A DNA stretch of 64,000 nucleotides, from contig CAWBEI010000002.1 in assembly GCA_963787835.1 (NCBI GenBank), positions 1,854,477 to 1,918,476 on the forward strand. Direction: 5' to 3'. This stretch comes from Ignavibacteriota bacterium (GTDB lineage Bacteria; Bacteroidota; Ignavibacteria; Palsa-1295). Below the pieces are notes generated by a model that worked only from the letters and a program-made list of their open reading frames with translations, ran no database searches and was not told the DNA's origin. Below, piece by piece: positions 49,693 to 63,700 of the stretch. Made by a program: the position numbers and the translations under genes. Positions within the stretch are counted from its first letter, which is position 1, and every line of letters starts with the position of its first letter.

Positions 49693-50667
49693 CTACTTCG
49701 AGACCTCGGTCGTCCCCGAGGGCGCGACGAGCCACGCGGTCATCGACGTGTCGCCGAGCAAGCGTAGCCGCAACCACGCGACGTTCAAGCGGCGCGTGAT
49801 CGCGTGCACGGCATCCGGATCCGCGGTGCCGGCGGTGCACAGCCCGCACACGGCGCAGCCCGGATCGTCGACCCAGTTCATGTGCGACGCGCCCGCGATC
49901 GTGATGGCCAGCGCCGGCGACGGCGACGCGGCGTAGAACGCGGCGTAATCGTCCGCGGTCGGTGCGCACGCGAACGCGCCGCTGCCATCGGTGGTCTCGC
50001 CCGCGACCGCGATCGCCGCGGTCAGGTGGGTCATCTCGCCGATCACCGCGGGCGAGCTGCCGTCGACCGGGTCCCAGCCGACGACCGCGGTGATGCGCGC
50101 GTCGCCGACCGCGGCGAGCACGCTGATGTCGCCGCCGAGCGAATGACCCGCGGTCGCGATCTTCGTCGCGTCGACCGCGAGCGCGGATTGCGCCAGCGCC
50201 CAGTCGATGACCTTGCCGACGTCGTTCGCCATCGTCTGGTGATCCGCGAAGATGCTCTGATCCGCGTAGTCGGTGAGCACGACCACGAAGCCCCAGGTCG
50301 CGAGGTGCTGCGCGTACGACGCGTACTGCGTGCGCGCGAGCTGGAAGCCGGGCGAGATCACGACGAGCGGCCGCGGTGAGGCGCCGCCGGTCGGCGCGTA
50401 CACGGTTGCGGGCACGATGTCGCTGCCGGTGCCGGGGATCGATACGACGGTGGTCGTGACCGCGAGCGGGCCGTTGCTCGCGGGATCGGTGCCGCTGCCG
50501 CTGCCCGCGGCGTCGGCGGTGGCGTCGCCATGTGTCGCGGTGTCGGCGCGCGTGCTATCGGCGGGCGCGCGTGCGTCGGACGGGCCCGCGCCGGACGGTC
50601 CGCTGCACGCGGAGACCAGGAACACGGCGGCGGCGGCGACTGCGAGCGGGGCGAGTAGGCGCGACAT
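49693..50667 (-). CDS. Lipoprotein alpha/beta hydrolase (chlorophyllase/cutinase-like)
   Basis: HLATWGFVV, nucleophile GHSLGG, DPVD, ASHMNW; lipobox VSAC. Confidence 0.8.
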   Translation of the reverse strand: MSRLLAPLAVAAAAVFLVSACSGPSGAGPSDARAPADSTRADTATHGDATADAAGSGSGTDPASNGPLAVTTTVVSIPGTGSDIVPATVYAPTGGASPRPLVVISPGFQLARTQYASYAQHLATWGFVVVLTDYADQSIFADHQTMANDVGKVIDWALAQSALAVDATKIATAGHSLGGDISVLAAVGDARITAVVGWDPVDGSSPAVIGEMTHLTAAIAVAGETTDGSGAFACAPTADDYAAFYAASPSPALAITIAGASHMNWVDDPGCAVCGLCTAGTADPDAVHAITRRLNVAWLRLRLLGDTSMTAWLVAPSGTTEVSK

Positions 50668-51373
50668 GATCTTCGGTCCTCACTTGGTCGAGCGTCGGGA
50701 GCAACAGCTTGCGGCGGAGCAGCACGACGAGCCGCTCGGACAGCTCGGTCGCGGTTTCGGTCAGCGCGCCGAGGTCCGCGGCGTTCGCGCGCGGGATCAC
50801 GCCGCCGCGGAACATGCGCAGCTCGACCGCGACCAGCGCGCGCATCGCGGCGAGGTACTCGGCGAGGATCGCGAACGGCAGCATGTCCGGTCGCAGGCCC
50901 GCGCGTCGCGCCGCGCCGAGCGTCGACAGCAACGCGAGGTCGTCGCCGCGATACGCGTGATCCGCGCCGTGCGGCACCGCGAGCCCGGCGCTCGCGAGAA
51001 AATCGAGCTCGCGCGCGGACCATCCCGCGGCGAGCAAGTCGGCGCGCGTCTTCGTGCGCTCGCCCTGATGCCGCGCGAGCACGCGCGCGATCGCGTCGGC
51101 GGCGGCGATATCGTCGCTCGCGCCGATCGTCTGGTCGAGCGTCTGCCGGATCACGGCGAGCGGCAGGAAGCGGTCGTGCTGCAGCTCGCGGATCGCGCGG
51201 ATGCGCGGCACGAGCGATGCGTCGTACCAGGCCATCGTTCGCCCGGTCTTGCGATGCGCGGCGATCAGGCCTTCGCGCAGGTAGTACTTGATCGTCGGGA
51301 TCGTGACGCCGGAATCGCGCGCGAGCTCGCCGATCTTGAGCAGGCGCGGCGGCGTCGGTGGCGTCGGCAACAC
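50555..51373 (-). CDS. MerR family transcriptional regulator (true 3' end may be near 50680)
   Basis: LKIGELARDSGVTIPTIKYYLREGLI...Y...IRELQ...LPL..IR. Confidence 0.85.
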   Translation of the reverse strand: MLPTPPTPPRLLKIGELARDSGVTIPTIKYYLREGLIAAHRKTGRTMAWYDASLVPRIRAIRELQHDRFLPLAVIRQTLDQTIGASDDIAAADAIARVLARHQGERTKTRADLLAAGWSARELDFLASAGLAVPHGADHAYRGDDLALLSTLGAARRAGLRPDMLPFAILAEYLAAMRALVAVELRMFRGGVIPRANAADLGALTETATELSERLVVLLRRKLLLPTLDQVRTEDHVAPTRPARSRRRRRVPGLRVQRTVRRGPVRRTRARR

Positions 51374-51380
51374 GCGTTGG

Positions 51381-51408
51381 ACACTAGCAAGTTCTAGTTT
51401 CTAGTCAA
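51381..51408 (-). promoter_or_regulatory. Sigma70-type promoter TTGACT-N16-TAGTGT with ACTAG repeats, upstream of merR
   Basis: Minus strand reads TTGACTAGAAACTAGAACTTGCTAGTGT: extended -10 TG, tandem ACTAGAA and inverted ACTAG/CTAGT. Confidence 0.6.
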
Positions 51409-52785
51409 CCGGAATGGAAACTTCAGCGCGACGCCGAGCTCGCCGAACCAGCCGCCGCCGTCGGCCAACCAGCCGGCGCGCACGCTCAGCGCGATCACCG
51501 AGGCGCTCGCGAACACGCGCACCACCGCGCCGTGCCGTGTATGCGGGCCGCCGAGCTCGACGACGTATCCGCCGTCGATGCCGACGCCGTGGGAGCCGAG
51601 CTCGGGCCCGATCGAGGTGCGTGTCGCGTGCGCGGCGCCATCGTGCAGCGCGTCCGCATAGACGCCGGCGAACGCGAGCGACGTGCGCGCGAGATACGCG
51701 AGGCTCGCCTCGCCGCCGAGCAGCGCGCCGGTGCGGCCGCCGGCGTGCGCGATGCCGGTCGACAGCCCGATCGGCGCGTACCATCCGCCGGTGGGCGTGC
51801 GCTGCGGCGGCGTCGCGTCGCTCGCAGCGAACGCGCTCGCGGGCGCCGATGCCAGCGCCTCGACGACGCGCTCGATCGCCGCCGTGCGCCGCGAGAACAG
51901 CGCCGGATGCAGCTCGTCGATCGTGTCGCTCGGGCGATGGTAGTCGCTCGATTCGCCGTCGCCGAAGAACAGCGATGGAATGCCCGCGGCCTCGAACGAC
52001 GCCGAGTCGCTGCGGCCGGCGGACTGTGCGTCGATCGCGCGCGCGATCGGCGCCGGGAAATCCTCGGCCGCGATGATGTCGCCGCCGCCGCCGGTCGCGA
52101 CCGCGGCATCGGCGAGCGCGCGCAGCGCGGGATAGTGGCGCACGCCGACCAGGCCGACCGCGGCGTCGCGATCGATGCCGACCAGACGCAGCGGCGCGCG
52201 ATATCGCCATTGATCGAGCAGCGGTCGCGCGATCATGTCGATGTTGACCATCGCGCGGATGCGCGCGATGGGGACCGGCGGGCTCGCGACGAACGCGCGA
52301 CTGCCGACGAGCCCGTGCTCTTCGGCGCCGAACCACACGACGACGACCGTGCGCGGCAGCGGCGTCGCACGCGCGGCGAGCGTCTCGGCGATCGCGAGCA
52401 CGAGCGCGACGCCCGACGCGTTGTCATCGGCGCCGGGATACAGCTCGCCGCCGCGCACCCCGAGATGATCCATGTGCGCGCCGACGACGATGACCTCGTC
52501 GCTCGCGCCCGGGATCACGGCGTAGACGTTGGTGCTGCCGTGGCCGTACGCGACGTCCTGCAGGATCGGCGCGAGGCCCGCACGCGCGACGCGCTCGGCG
52601 ATGTAGCGCGCCGCGGCGTGCTCGCCGTCTTCGCCCGCGGGGCGGCCGCCGAGCCGCGGATCGACGAGCGCGGCGACGTCGCGCAAGAGCGCGGCCGGCG
52701 ACATCGGCCCGCTCGCCTCGTGCGCCGCGCTGCACGCCGCGAGCGCGACGGCGATGGCGGTGGCGGCGAACGCGACGCGGGTCAC
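51394..52785 (-). CDS. M28 family peptidase lipoprotein with beta-strand-rich C-terminal domain
   Basis: GAHMDHLG, PGADDNASG, GAEEHGLVGS, NIDM, RSD..SF, DYH.PSDT. Confidence 0.85.
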   Translation of the reverse strand: MTRVAFAATAIAVALAACSAAHEASGPMSPAALLRDVAALVDPRLGGRPAGEDGEHAAARYIAERVARAGLAPILQDVAYGHGSTNVYAVIPGASDEVIVVGAHMDHLGVRGGELYPGADDNASGVALVLAIAETLAARATPLPRTVVVVWFGAEEHGLVGSRAFVASPPVPIARIRAMVNIDMIARPLLDQWRYRAPLRLVGIDRDAAVGLVGVRHYPALRALADAAVATGGGGDIIAAEDFPAPIARAIDAQSAGRSDSASFEAAGIPSLFFGDGESSDYHRPSDTIDELHPALFSRRTAAIERVVEALASAPASAFAASDATPPQRTPTGGWYAPIGLSTGIAHAGGRTGALLGGEASLAYLARTSLAFAGVYADALHDGAAHATRTSIGPELGSHGVGIDGGYVVELGGPHTRHGAVVRVFASASVIALSVRAGWLADGGGWFGELGVALKFPFRLTRN

Positions 52786-52904
52786 GCGCGCGAGCTTGTC
52801 ACGACCGCGCGCCGGAGCGTTGCCCGGCGCACGCCGCGGTGCCAGCGATCCGGCGCGAACGACTCCAAGCAACTCGGAGCGCGTGGCGCGGAGTCTCCAC
52901 GCGC

Positions 52905-53396
52905 ATGCAAACTCATCTGTCCGCGCGGCGGACGTCACGTGGCGCAGGGTTCGCGCGGCGCATCGCCGGCGTCGTCGCGCTCGTCTCGATCGCGGGTTGC
53001 TCGCACGCGGTCGACGTCACCACCGCGTTTCCCGCGGCGCGGGGCGACAGCGGCGCCGTCGAGGTCGTGCTCAACGATCCGTCGCGCGCGGTCTCGGTCA
53101 CGATCGACGACGCGCTGGTCGTCGAGCGCAAGCATACGGGGCGCGTCCACGTCGACGGCGTGCCCGCGGGCTCGGCGCACGTGCGGGTCGCGACCGGCGG
53201 CCGCTGCGAGCAAGGCAGCACGAGCGATCAGGACGTCGTCGTGACCCCGGGCTCGACGTCGACGATTGTGTTGCCGGGCGCGGAGCCGAACCTCGGCTGC
53301 ATGGTGCTGTCGGGGCTCGACTACATCGGCCTCGAGGTCGGCATGGTCGCGCTCGCGGTGATGTTCACCGCCGCGGCGCGGACGCACGTGCGCTAA
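52905..53396 (+). CDS. Hypothetical lipoprotein
   Basis: Lipobox IAGC, PEGA-like beta segment, C-terminal hydrophobic helix. Confidence 0.6.
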   Translation: MQTHLSARRTSRGAGFARRIAGVVALVSIAGCSHAVDVTTAFPAARGDSGAVEVVLNDPSRAVSVTIDDALVVERKHTGRVHVDGVPAGSAHVRVATGGRCEQGSTSDQDVVVTPGSTSTIVLPGAEPNLGCMVLSGLDYIGLEVGMVALAVMFTAAARTHVR

Positions 53397-56300
53397 CGAC
53401 GCCGGCGACGCCGCACGAGCGCGAGCAGCGCGAGCGCACTCGCCGAGGCCGCGCCGCCGCCGCCGCCCGCGTCGCAACCCTCCGACGGCTTCGCGGTGGC
53501 GATGCCGGTCGCGGCGACCGTGACCTCGGGCGTGGTCGCGCCGGTCAGCGTGATGCCGACGCCGGCCGCCGCCGAGCCCTCGGTCGTCGGCGAGAATGCG
53601 ATCGTGAAGCTGCCGCTCGCGCCCGGCGCCAGCGGCGCGAGCGCGGCCGAGTCATCGACGACGAACTGCGGATCGCTCGACGTGACGCTCGCGACCGTGA
53701 GGCTCGCGGTCGTCGCGTTCGTGAACACCACCGACTTCGGGCCGCTGTGATCGCCGACCTCGATCGATCCGAAGTCGACCGCCATGTGATCGACGCTGAG
53801 GAACGCCGACACCGCCGTGCCGTCGAGCTCGATCACCGCGCTCGGGATCGCCGCATCGCTCGGGCTGATCGTCAGCGTCGCCGCCGACACCGCCGCGGTC
53901 GCGGGCGAGTACGTGACCATCGCCGTGATCGTCGCGCCGGCCGCGAGCGAGCCCGCGACCGTGGATGCGCTGAAGTCGCCGGGGCGCGCGCCGGCGAGCA
54001 CGCCGTTGCCGAGCGCGATCGCATCGTCCGTCAGGTTCGTCAGCATCACCGCGAGCGGCGGCGAGCTCGTGCCCGCGTGGATCGTCCCGAACGCCAGCGA
54101 GGTCGGCGTCACGGTCATCGCGGTCGAGATGCCGAGGCCGGTCAGGTGCGAGACCGCGTCGGGCGCGTCGGGCGAGTCGGTGGTGACTTGCAGATCCGCG
54201 CTCGCCGCGCCGATCGCGGTCGGCGCGATCACGATCGAGAGATCGAGCTCGCCGCTGGCCGGGACCGTGGCCGGCAGCGCCGGCGGCGACACGAGCGTGA
54301 ACACCGCGCCCTGCGCGCCGGTGATCGCCAGCGCGGTCACCGACAGCTCGCCGGTGCCGACGTTCTGCACGCGGACCTTGCGCGGCGCGGACGTGTGACC
54401 GACGAGCTGCGCGCCGAAGTCGAGCGACGGATCGACCGACACCGTCGGCGAGACGCCCGTGCCGCTGATCGGCACCGCGACGCTCGGCGTGGTCGTGTCA
54501 TCGGACAGGATGTTCAGCGTCGCGCTCGCGGTCGCGACCACGCTCGGCGTGAACGTGACCTGCAGCGTGTGGGAGCCCGCGGGATCGATCACCAGCGGCA
54601 GCGTGGTCGCCGCGAGCGTGATCGCCGCCGCGTCGGGACCCGACAGCTCGAGGGCGCTGATCGTCAGCGGCCCGCTGCCCGGGTTCGAGATCACGAGCGG
54701 CAGCGTGCTGGCGTTGCCGACGAGCACGTTGCCGTACGCGAGCAGCGCCGGCTTGACGTCGATCGTCGGCGACTCGCCGGTGCCCGACAGCACGACCACC
54801 GGCGACGACGTCAACGTATCGTTCGTCACGATCGTCGCGGTCGCGGCGCGTGCACCGACCGCGCTCGGCGTGAACGTGAAGGCGACCGGCGCGTCGCTGC
54901 CCGCCGCGATCGTCAGCGGCAGCGTCGCGGTCGTCGCGAAGTCCGTCGCGTTGGCGCCGCCGAGCATGATCTGGCTGATGACGAGCGGCGTCTCGCCCGA
55001 GTTCGTCACCGTCACGGACTTCGCGGCCGACGTCACGGTCACGTTCGAGGTGTCGAGATCGAGCACGAGCGGCGCGACGCCGACCTCCGGGCCCTGGCCC
55101 GTGCCGGTGAGCTGCACGACGAGCGCGCCGGTGTTCTGCGCGTCGCTGGTCGCGGTCAGCTGCGCGGAGCGCACGCCGTGATCGCCGGGCGTGAACGCGA
55201 TCGTCAGCGGCAGCGTGCCGCCGGCCGCGATCGTCGCGGGCAACGCCGGGCCGCCCTGGATCGTGAAGTCGCCGGCGTTCGCACCCGCGATCGCGAGCGC
55301 GCTCACCGTCAGCGTCGAGGTGCCCGAGTTGGTGAGCGTGAGCGTGAGCGTCGAGATCGTCGCGATGTCGACCGGCCCGAAGGCGAGCGGCGACGGCGCG
55401 GCCGCAATCAGCGGCGCGACGCCACGGCCGGTGAGCGCGACGTTCGCGAAGCCCGCGTCGGTCGCGATCGCGATCGTGGTGGCGCTGCTCGTGCGCGTGG
55501 TTGGCGAGAACACGACGTCGAACGGCAGCGTGCCGCCGGGGGCGATGGTCGTGGGGAACGTCAGCGCGGTCGTGCGCACGAACGGCGCGCCGAGCGACAC
55601 GTTCGTCACGATGTACGGGCCCGTCCCGGGGTTCGAGATCGTGAACGTCTGCGCCGCGCTCGTCTGCCCGACGTGGACGTCGCCGAAGTCGAACGGCGAC
55701 GGCGAGATCGTGACGAGCGCCTGCACGCCGGTGCCGGTGAGCGCGACCTGCGTCGGGCTCGACGCCGCGTCGCTGGTGATCGCGAGGTTGCCGTTCGCGG
55801 GCCCGGAGGCGGTCGGCGCGAACTGCACGGTGAAGATCGCCTTGCCGCCGGGCAGCACCGCGATCGGAAAGCTCGCGGGCGGCGTCACGAGGTAGCCCGC
55901 GGGCGCGCTGTCGCCGCTGATGTTCAGCGCCGCCGTGCCGGTGTTCGTCAGCGTCACGGTCTGCGCCGTGCTCGTCGTGTTGATGCGCTGGTTGCCGAAC
56001 GCGAGCGTCGTCGTCGACACGGAGATCGTCGGCTCGATGCCGGTGCCGGACAGCGCGACGCTCGGCGTCGAGCTCGCGTCGGTCGTGATCGCGACGCTCC
56101 CGGGGTCCGCGCCCGCGACGGTCGGCGCGAACGCGACGTGGATCGGCTGCGATTGGCCAGGCGCGATCGTGAACGGCGGCGTGATGCCGCTGACCACGTA
56201 GCCCGCGGTCGCCGTCACCGCGCTGACGGTCAGCGTCGACGTGCCGGGGTTGCTCAGCGTGAACGCCTTCGTCGCGCTCGTGGTGCCGGTACGCTGCGGG

Positions 56301-58568
56301 CTGAACGCGAGCGACGCCGGGTTCACGCTCGCATGCGGCGCGACGCCGTTGCCGGCGACCGCGACTTGATCCGGGCTCGACGGCGCGTCGCTGACGATCG
56401 ACAGCAGCGTGCTCGCGGGGCCTTCGACCGTCGGCGAGAACGTCAGCGCGAACTGCGTCGAGTTGCCGGGCGCCAGCACGTTGCCGCCCATCGGGACGAG
56501 CGTGAACGGCCCACCGGCGAGCGTCGCGGAGCTGATCGTGAGCGTGTCGGTGCCCGCGTTGGTGACGGTGACGATGAACGGCGCGCTCGACGTGCCGACG
56601 CGTTGATCGGTGAACTGCACCGCGCCGGGCGAGATCGCGACGAGGCCGGTGACGCCCGTGCCATCCGTCGGCACGACGAGCGACGGCGCGTTCGCGTCAT
56701 CGCTCGCGAGCGTCAGCGTACCGGGCGCATCGCCGGACGCGGTCGGCGTGAACGTGACGGTCAGCGTCTGCTGTGCGTTGGGCGCGAGCTGGAACGGCGT
56801 CGCGTCCGCGTCGGCGTACGGCGCCGCCGTCGTGATCGACGACACGGTCAGCGTATCGGTGCCGGTGTTCGTGACGACGACCGACTGCGAGCCGGTCGTG
56901 TCGAGGCGTTGGTTGCCGAACTCGATCGGCGATGGCGACACCGCGATGTGCGGCGCGATGCCCGTGCCGTCGAGCGTGATCGCCGACGCGCCGATGTCGC
57001 TCGTCAACGTCAGCGTGCCGGTCGCCGGGCCTTCGACCGCCGGCGTGAACGTCACCCCGAAATCGGCGAAGTCCCCCGGTTGCAGCGTGACCGGCAAGCC
57101 GGCGTCGGCCTCGGCGAACGTGCCGGTGACGCTGGCCGCGCTGATCGTCAGCGGGCCGACGCCGGTGTTCGTCGCGCGCACGTTCTGCGACGCGCTCGTG
57201 GTCGCGACGCGCTGGCCGCCGAACTTGAGATCGGTCGTGGACAGGCCGAGCGACGGCGGATCGCCGGTGCCGCTGACCGTGACGAACGCCGGCGAGGCCG
57301 GATCGTTCGAGTCGAGCTCGATCTGCGCCTGGACGAAGCCCAGCGCGGTCGGCGCGAACACGACTTGCAGCGGCGCGGAGCTGCCCGGCGTGACCGTGAT
57401 CGGCGTCGCCGTGATGACCTGGAACGGCGCCGGCACGGTCGCCGCGGTCACGGTCAGGTTCGTGAGGCCGTCGTTGTTCAGCGTGACCGTGAGCGGTGCG
57501 CTGGCGCTACCGACCTGCACGTCGGGGAACGGCAGCGCGCCCGGCTCGGCGTCGAGGCTCGGCGCGCCGTTGCCGGTGCCGGTCAACTGCACGACGGTGT
57601 CGCCGTTGGGATCGTTGCTGTGGATCGTGAGCGTGCCGGTCTGCGCGCCCGCGGCGCTCGCCTTGTAGACGACGCTGATCGACGTGGTGCCGTTCGACGC
57701 GAGCGTCAGCGGCAACGTCGGCGCGCTCGTGATCTGGAACGGGCCGGTGATCTGCAGGCTCTGCAGCTGCAGCGACGTCGACGCGAAGTTCGTGACCGTC
57801 GTCGTCAGCGGCAGGCTCGTGTGGCCGAGCGCCTCGGTGCCGAACGCGAGCGTGCCCGGGCTCGCGGAGATGCCCTTGCAGATGATACGGATGTTGTCGA
57901 ACGCGGCGTCGAAGTAGAACTCCTCGACCTGCATCTCGTAGTCGAGCCGCACGGTCTGACCGGAGAACGCGGAGAGATCCTTCCTGGAACGAGGTCATCG
58001 TCGGGATGACCAGCGGCGCGCCGACGAGCGTCTCGAACGGCGTGGCGAGGATCGCGTCGCTGTTGGGATCGCGGACGTGCACGGCCATGAACTGGCCCGG
58101 GCCCGTCGTCGCGTTCGGGTCGAAGTCGGCGTTGTGGTTGTTGTAGAACATGTCCCACAACAACAACGGCTGACACGCGGGCAGCGCGATGGTCTGGAAC
58201 ATGCGGTGGTCTTCGCCGCCGTTCTGCAGCTGCAACGCGACGAAGTTGCCGTCGGTCGAGTGATAGGTGATCGGCAGACCGGGCGAGGACTCGCCGACTT
58301 CTTCGCCGGTCGTGAAGTCCAGGACCGTCGCATTCGCCGCGATCGTCTGGTTGTTGCTCGGCGATGCCCCACGTGCCGCTGCTCGCGCCGCCCTGCAGCG
58401 TCCAGCCGGTGTAGTCGCCGGTCTCGAAGCTGCCGTTCGTGACGATGCTCGACAGCAGCGGCGTCGGCGTCGGGTCGCCGGTCTGCGCTTCGCCATCGTC
58501 GCCGCTGCGCGGCGCGCCCGTGCACGCCGCGACCAAGGCGATCGCCGTGATCGCGAGCCACGTTCGCA

Positions 58569-58572
<4 letters not shown>
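53393..58572 (-). CDS. Giant surface protein with tandem choice-of-anchor D / ASH-type Ig-like repeats and MYXO-CTERM-like tail (5' frameshifts)
   Basis: About 14 repeats of about 100 aa (L.FG..........TVTN.G...L.I...F.PT..G.....L...SD...V.L.GTG); C-terminus GC-AGGGG-hydrophobic-RRRRRR; N-terminal LVAAC. Confidence 0.85.
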
Positions 58573-60716
<2,144 letters not shown>

Positions 60717-60720
<4 letters not shown>

Positions 60721-63700
60721 TGCGCGCCGAGCTCCTTGATGTCATCGACGAGCTCGGCGGCGCGCTCCGGCGGCGCGCTGACGCGCGCGCCGCAGCCCGT
60801 GCGCGCGAACGCCTCTAGGACGCCTTCGCCTGCTCGAGCAGCTTCTTCTTCGCCGCCGGATCTTTTTCGCGCGCGGCCATCTTGTCGTAGAGCTGCGCGT
60901 ACGAGAAGTCGATGCTGGCCGCCTTCGCGCCGGTCGCCTTCTGCGCCTTCTCGAGATCGTGACGCGCGCTGCGCAGATCGCCGGTCGCGATCGCGGCTCG
61001 GCGGCGGACACGAGCATCTGCGGATCGACGGTCTCGGTCTTCGCGAACTCGTGCGCGAGCTTGTCGGCGGTCTCCGCCTTGCCGTGCCCTCGGTCGCCGC
61101 GGCGCGCGCTTCGGTCGCGGCCGTCTTCGCGCTCGCGACGAGCGCGGCGGCATCGGCCGAGGGCGTCGCGCCGGCGGCATCGGCGGCGGCCTTCGCCGCG
61201 GCTTCGGCCTTCGCGGCATCGGCGTCCGCCATCTTCGCGGCGGCGTCGATGTCGGTCGCGAGCTGCTCGACCTGCTTGAGCGCCGAGTCGTCCTTCGCGG
61301 GCTGCGCGGTGATGGTCGCGAGCTGCTTCTCCGACGAATCGACGTGCCGCGGCGGCCTGGCCCGCGCCATCGGCCGCGGCGGCGTCATCCGCGGCGGTCT
61401 TCACCTTCGGATCGTCGGCGGGCGGCGCGACCGGTGTCGGCGCGGGCGGCGGCGAGGCGTCGCCATTTCGGCGGCGCCTCGACGAGCCGCGACAGCTGAC
61501 CCTCGGCCTTGCTGCGCACGACCGCGTCCTGATCCGTGACGAGCGGCTTGTACAGCTTGATCGCGGCGTCCTTGTCGGTCGTCACGAGCTTGGCGATCGC
61601 ATCGACGCCGGCGCGGCGGACGTTCTCGTCCGAATCCGTGACCAGGCGGAGCAGCGGCGCCGCGTCGTGCGCCGGCAACGCGGAGATCGCGGGGATCGCC
61701 GCGAGTCGCACCGCGGCGTCCGGCGAGTCGATCATGTCGGCGGCGATGGCGCTTCGCCGGCAGCTTCTCGCCGAGCGCGATAGCGCCGACTCGGCGCGAC
61801 CTTGCACGCCGGAGTCCTTGCCCGCGAGACCGTCCTGCAGCACCGGCACCGCCGCGGCTTTCTCCGCGTGGAAGCCGGCGAGACCTTCCGCCGCCGCGAA
61901 GCGCACGTCGAACACCTTGTCGCCGACGCCGGTCTTCAGCGTCGGGACGACGATCGGGTCGTTCGCCGCCGCCGCGGACTGCACCGCCGCGAGCCGCATG
62001 TCGGTCTGCGGCGCGACGACCGCGGCGTCGAGCTTCGCCTTGCCGGCGGGATCGCCGACCGCGATGAGCGAGCCCGCGGCGAACACGCCGACGCGGCCCG
62101 GATCGGCCTCGAGCTCGACGAGCGTGTCGTGCGCGGCCGCGTTGCCGATCGCGCCGAGCGCCTTGACCTGCTCCTCCTTGACCTTCGGATCCTTCTCCTG
62201 CTTCGCGGCCTGCGCGACATCGGTCGCCGCCTCCGCGCTGTGCATCTTGCGCGACGCGGTCGACGCCGCGAGCCGCACGTTCGGATCCTGATCCGCGATC
62301 GCCGCCGCGAGCAGCGGGACCGCCTGCTTCTCGGGGAGATCGCCGATCGTGCCGGCCGCCGCCTTGCGCACGGCCCAGTCCTCGGAGCCGAGCGCGCTCT
62401 TCGTCCAGTCCACCGACGCCTGCGCGACACTGCGATCGAGGCCGACGACCGCGAGCAGCGCCGCGGCGGCCGATTTTCACGCTCCAGTCCTTGTCCTGCA
62501 CCGCGACGAGCAGCGCCTTGATGCTCTTGCGCTCGCCGATCTCGCCGAGCCCGCGCGCCGCGAGCTGCCGCGTGTCGGCGTCCTTGTCGGCGAGCCGCTG
62601 CGTGATCAGGTCGTAGCCGACGTAATCGCCGAGCGGCACGAGCGCGATCGTCGCGACCAGCCGGTTGGGCGACGCGTCGTTGGCATAGACATCTTCGAGC
62701 ACCTTCTTGCCGGCGTCGTCGCCGAGGCGCGCGAGGCCCTCCGCGGCCGCGAGGCGCGAGCCCTCGTCCTTCGCCTCGAGGATCGAGTACAGGATCTTGG
62801 CGCCTTCGCGTCGTGCAGCGCGGCCATCTTCGTCAGGATCACCGCGCCCGCGTACGGCGCGATGTCGTCGAGCTCCTGCTCGTGGCCCGCGAGCACGCGC
62901 AGCGCCTTGATCGTGTCCTGATCGCCGGGCTGGCTGACGTCGGCGAGCGCGAGCGCCGCCTTGAACGAGATCTTGAGATCCTTGTCCGCCGCGTAGCCGA
63001 GCAAGCGCTTCTTCGCGCTCTTGTCGCCGAGGCGCGCGAGCGCCGACGCGTACCAGACCTTGAGCGGCGGCGGCGCGCCGGGCTCGAGCTTCGCGAGCAG
63101 CGCCTCGCGGCGGCGGCGCCGATCTGGCCGAGCGCATCGGCCGCGTGACCGCGCGCTTCGTATTCCGGATCCTTCTCCGTCAGGTCGGTGAGCGCCGGCA
63201 CCGACGGCTGATCCTTGATCTTGCCGAGCGCGTCGGCGCCCTGCACGCGCGTCGCCGGCTCCGCTTCCTTGATCGACGCGCGCAGCGTCGTCTCGGCGTC
63301 CTTGCGCACCTGATCGTAGTCGATCGCTCGGGGGCCGGCGCTGGCGGCACCGGCTTCGGCGTCGTGTCCGGCGCCGGCTTGGTCACCGCGGCGGTGTCGA
63401 CCGGCTTGTGTTGCGACGTCGTCGGACAGAGCAGCAGGCCATCCGTGACGGCCCCGCGCCTCCGGGACGCCGATGTACGGGCCGACCGTGGCGTTCGCCG
63501 GCGCCGGTTCGTCGGCCGCGTCGCGCTGGGCCCGCCCGCTGTCGAGCTTGGGCGAGCTCGTGCGCGACGGCTTCTCCTTCGCGAGCGAGTCGGCGACGGT
63601 CGGCTCGCGGTTCTGTCGACGTCGCGCAGATCGGCCAGCACGTCCGCCGCCGATCCGTAGCGATCGTTGGCGTCCTTCACGAGCATGCGATCGATGACCT

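Noticed and set aside
23521-58009. Very long antisense or alternate-frame ORFs (e.g. 26615-31105 -, 52754-58009 +, 23521-26652 +)
   Set aside because: Arg/Ala-rich shadow ORFs expected opposite real genes in very high-GC DNA; no motifs
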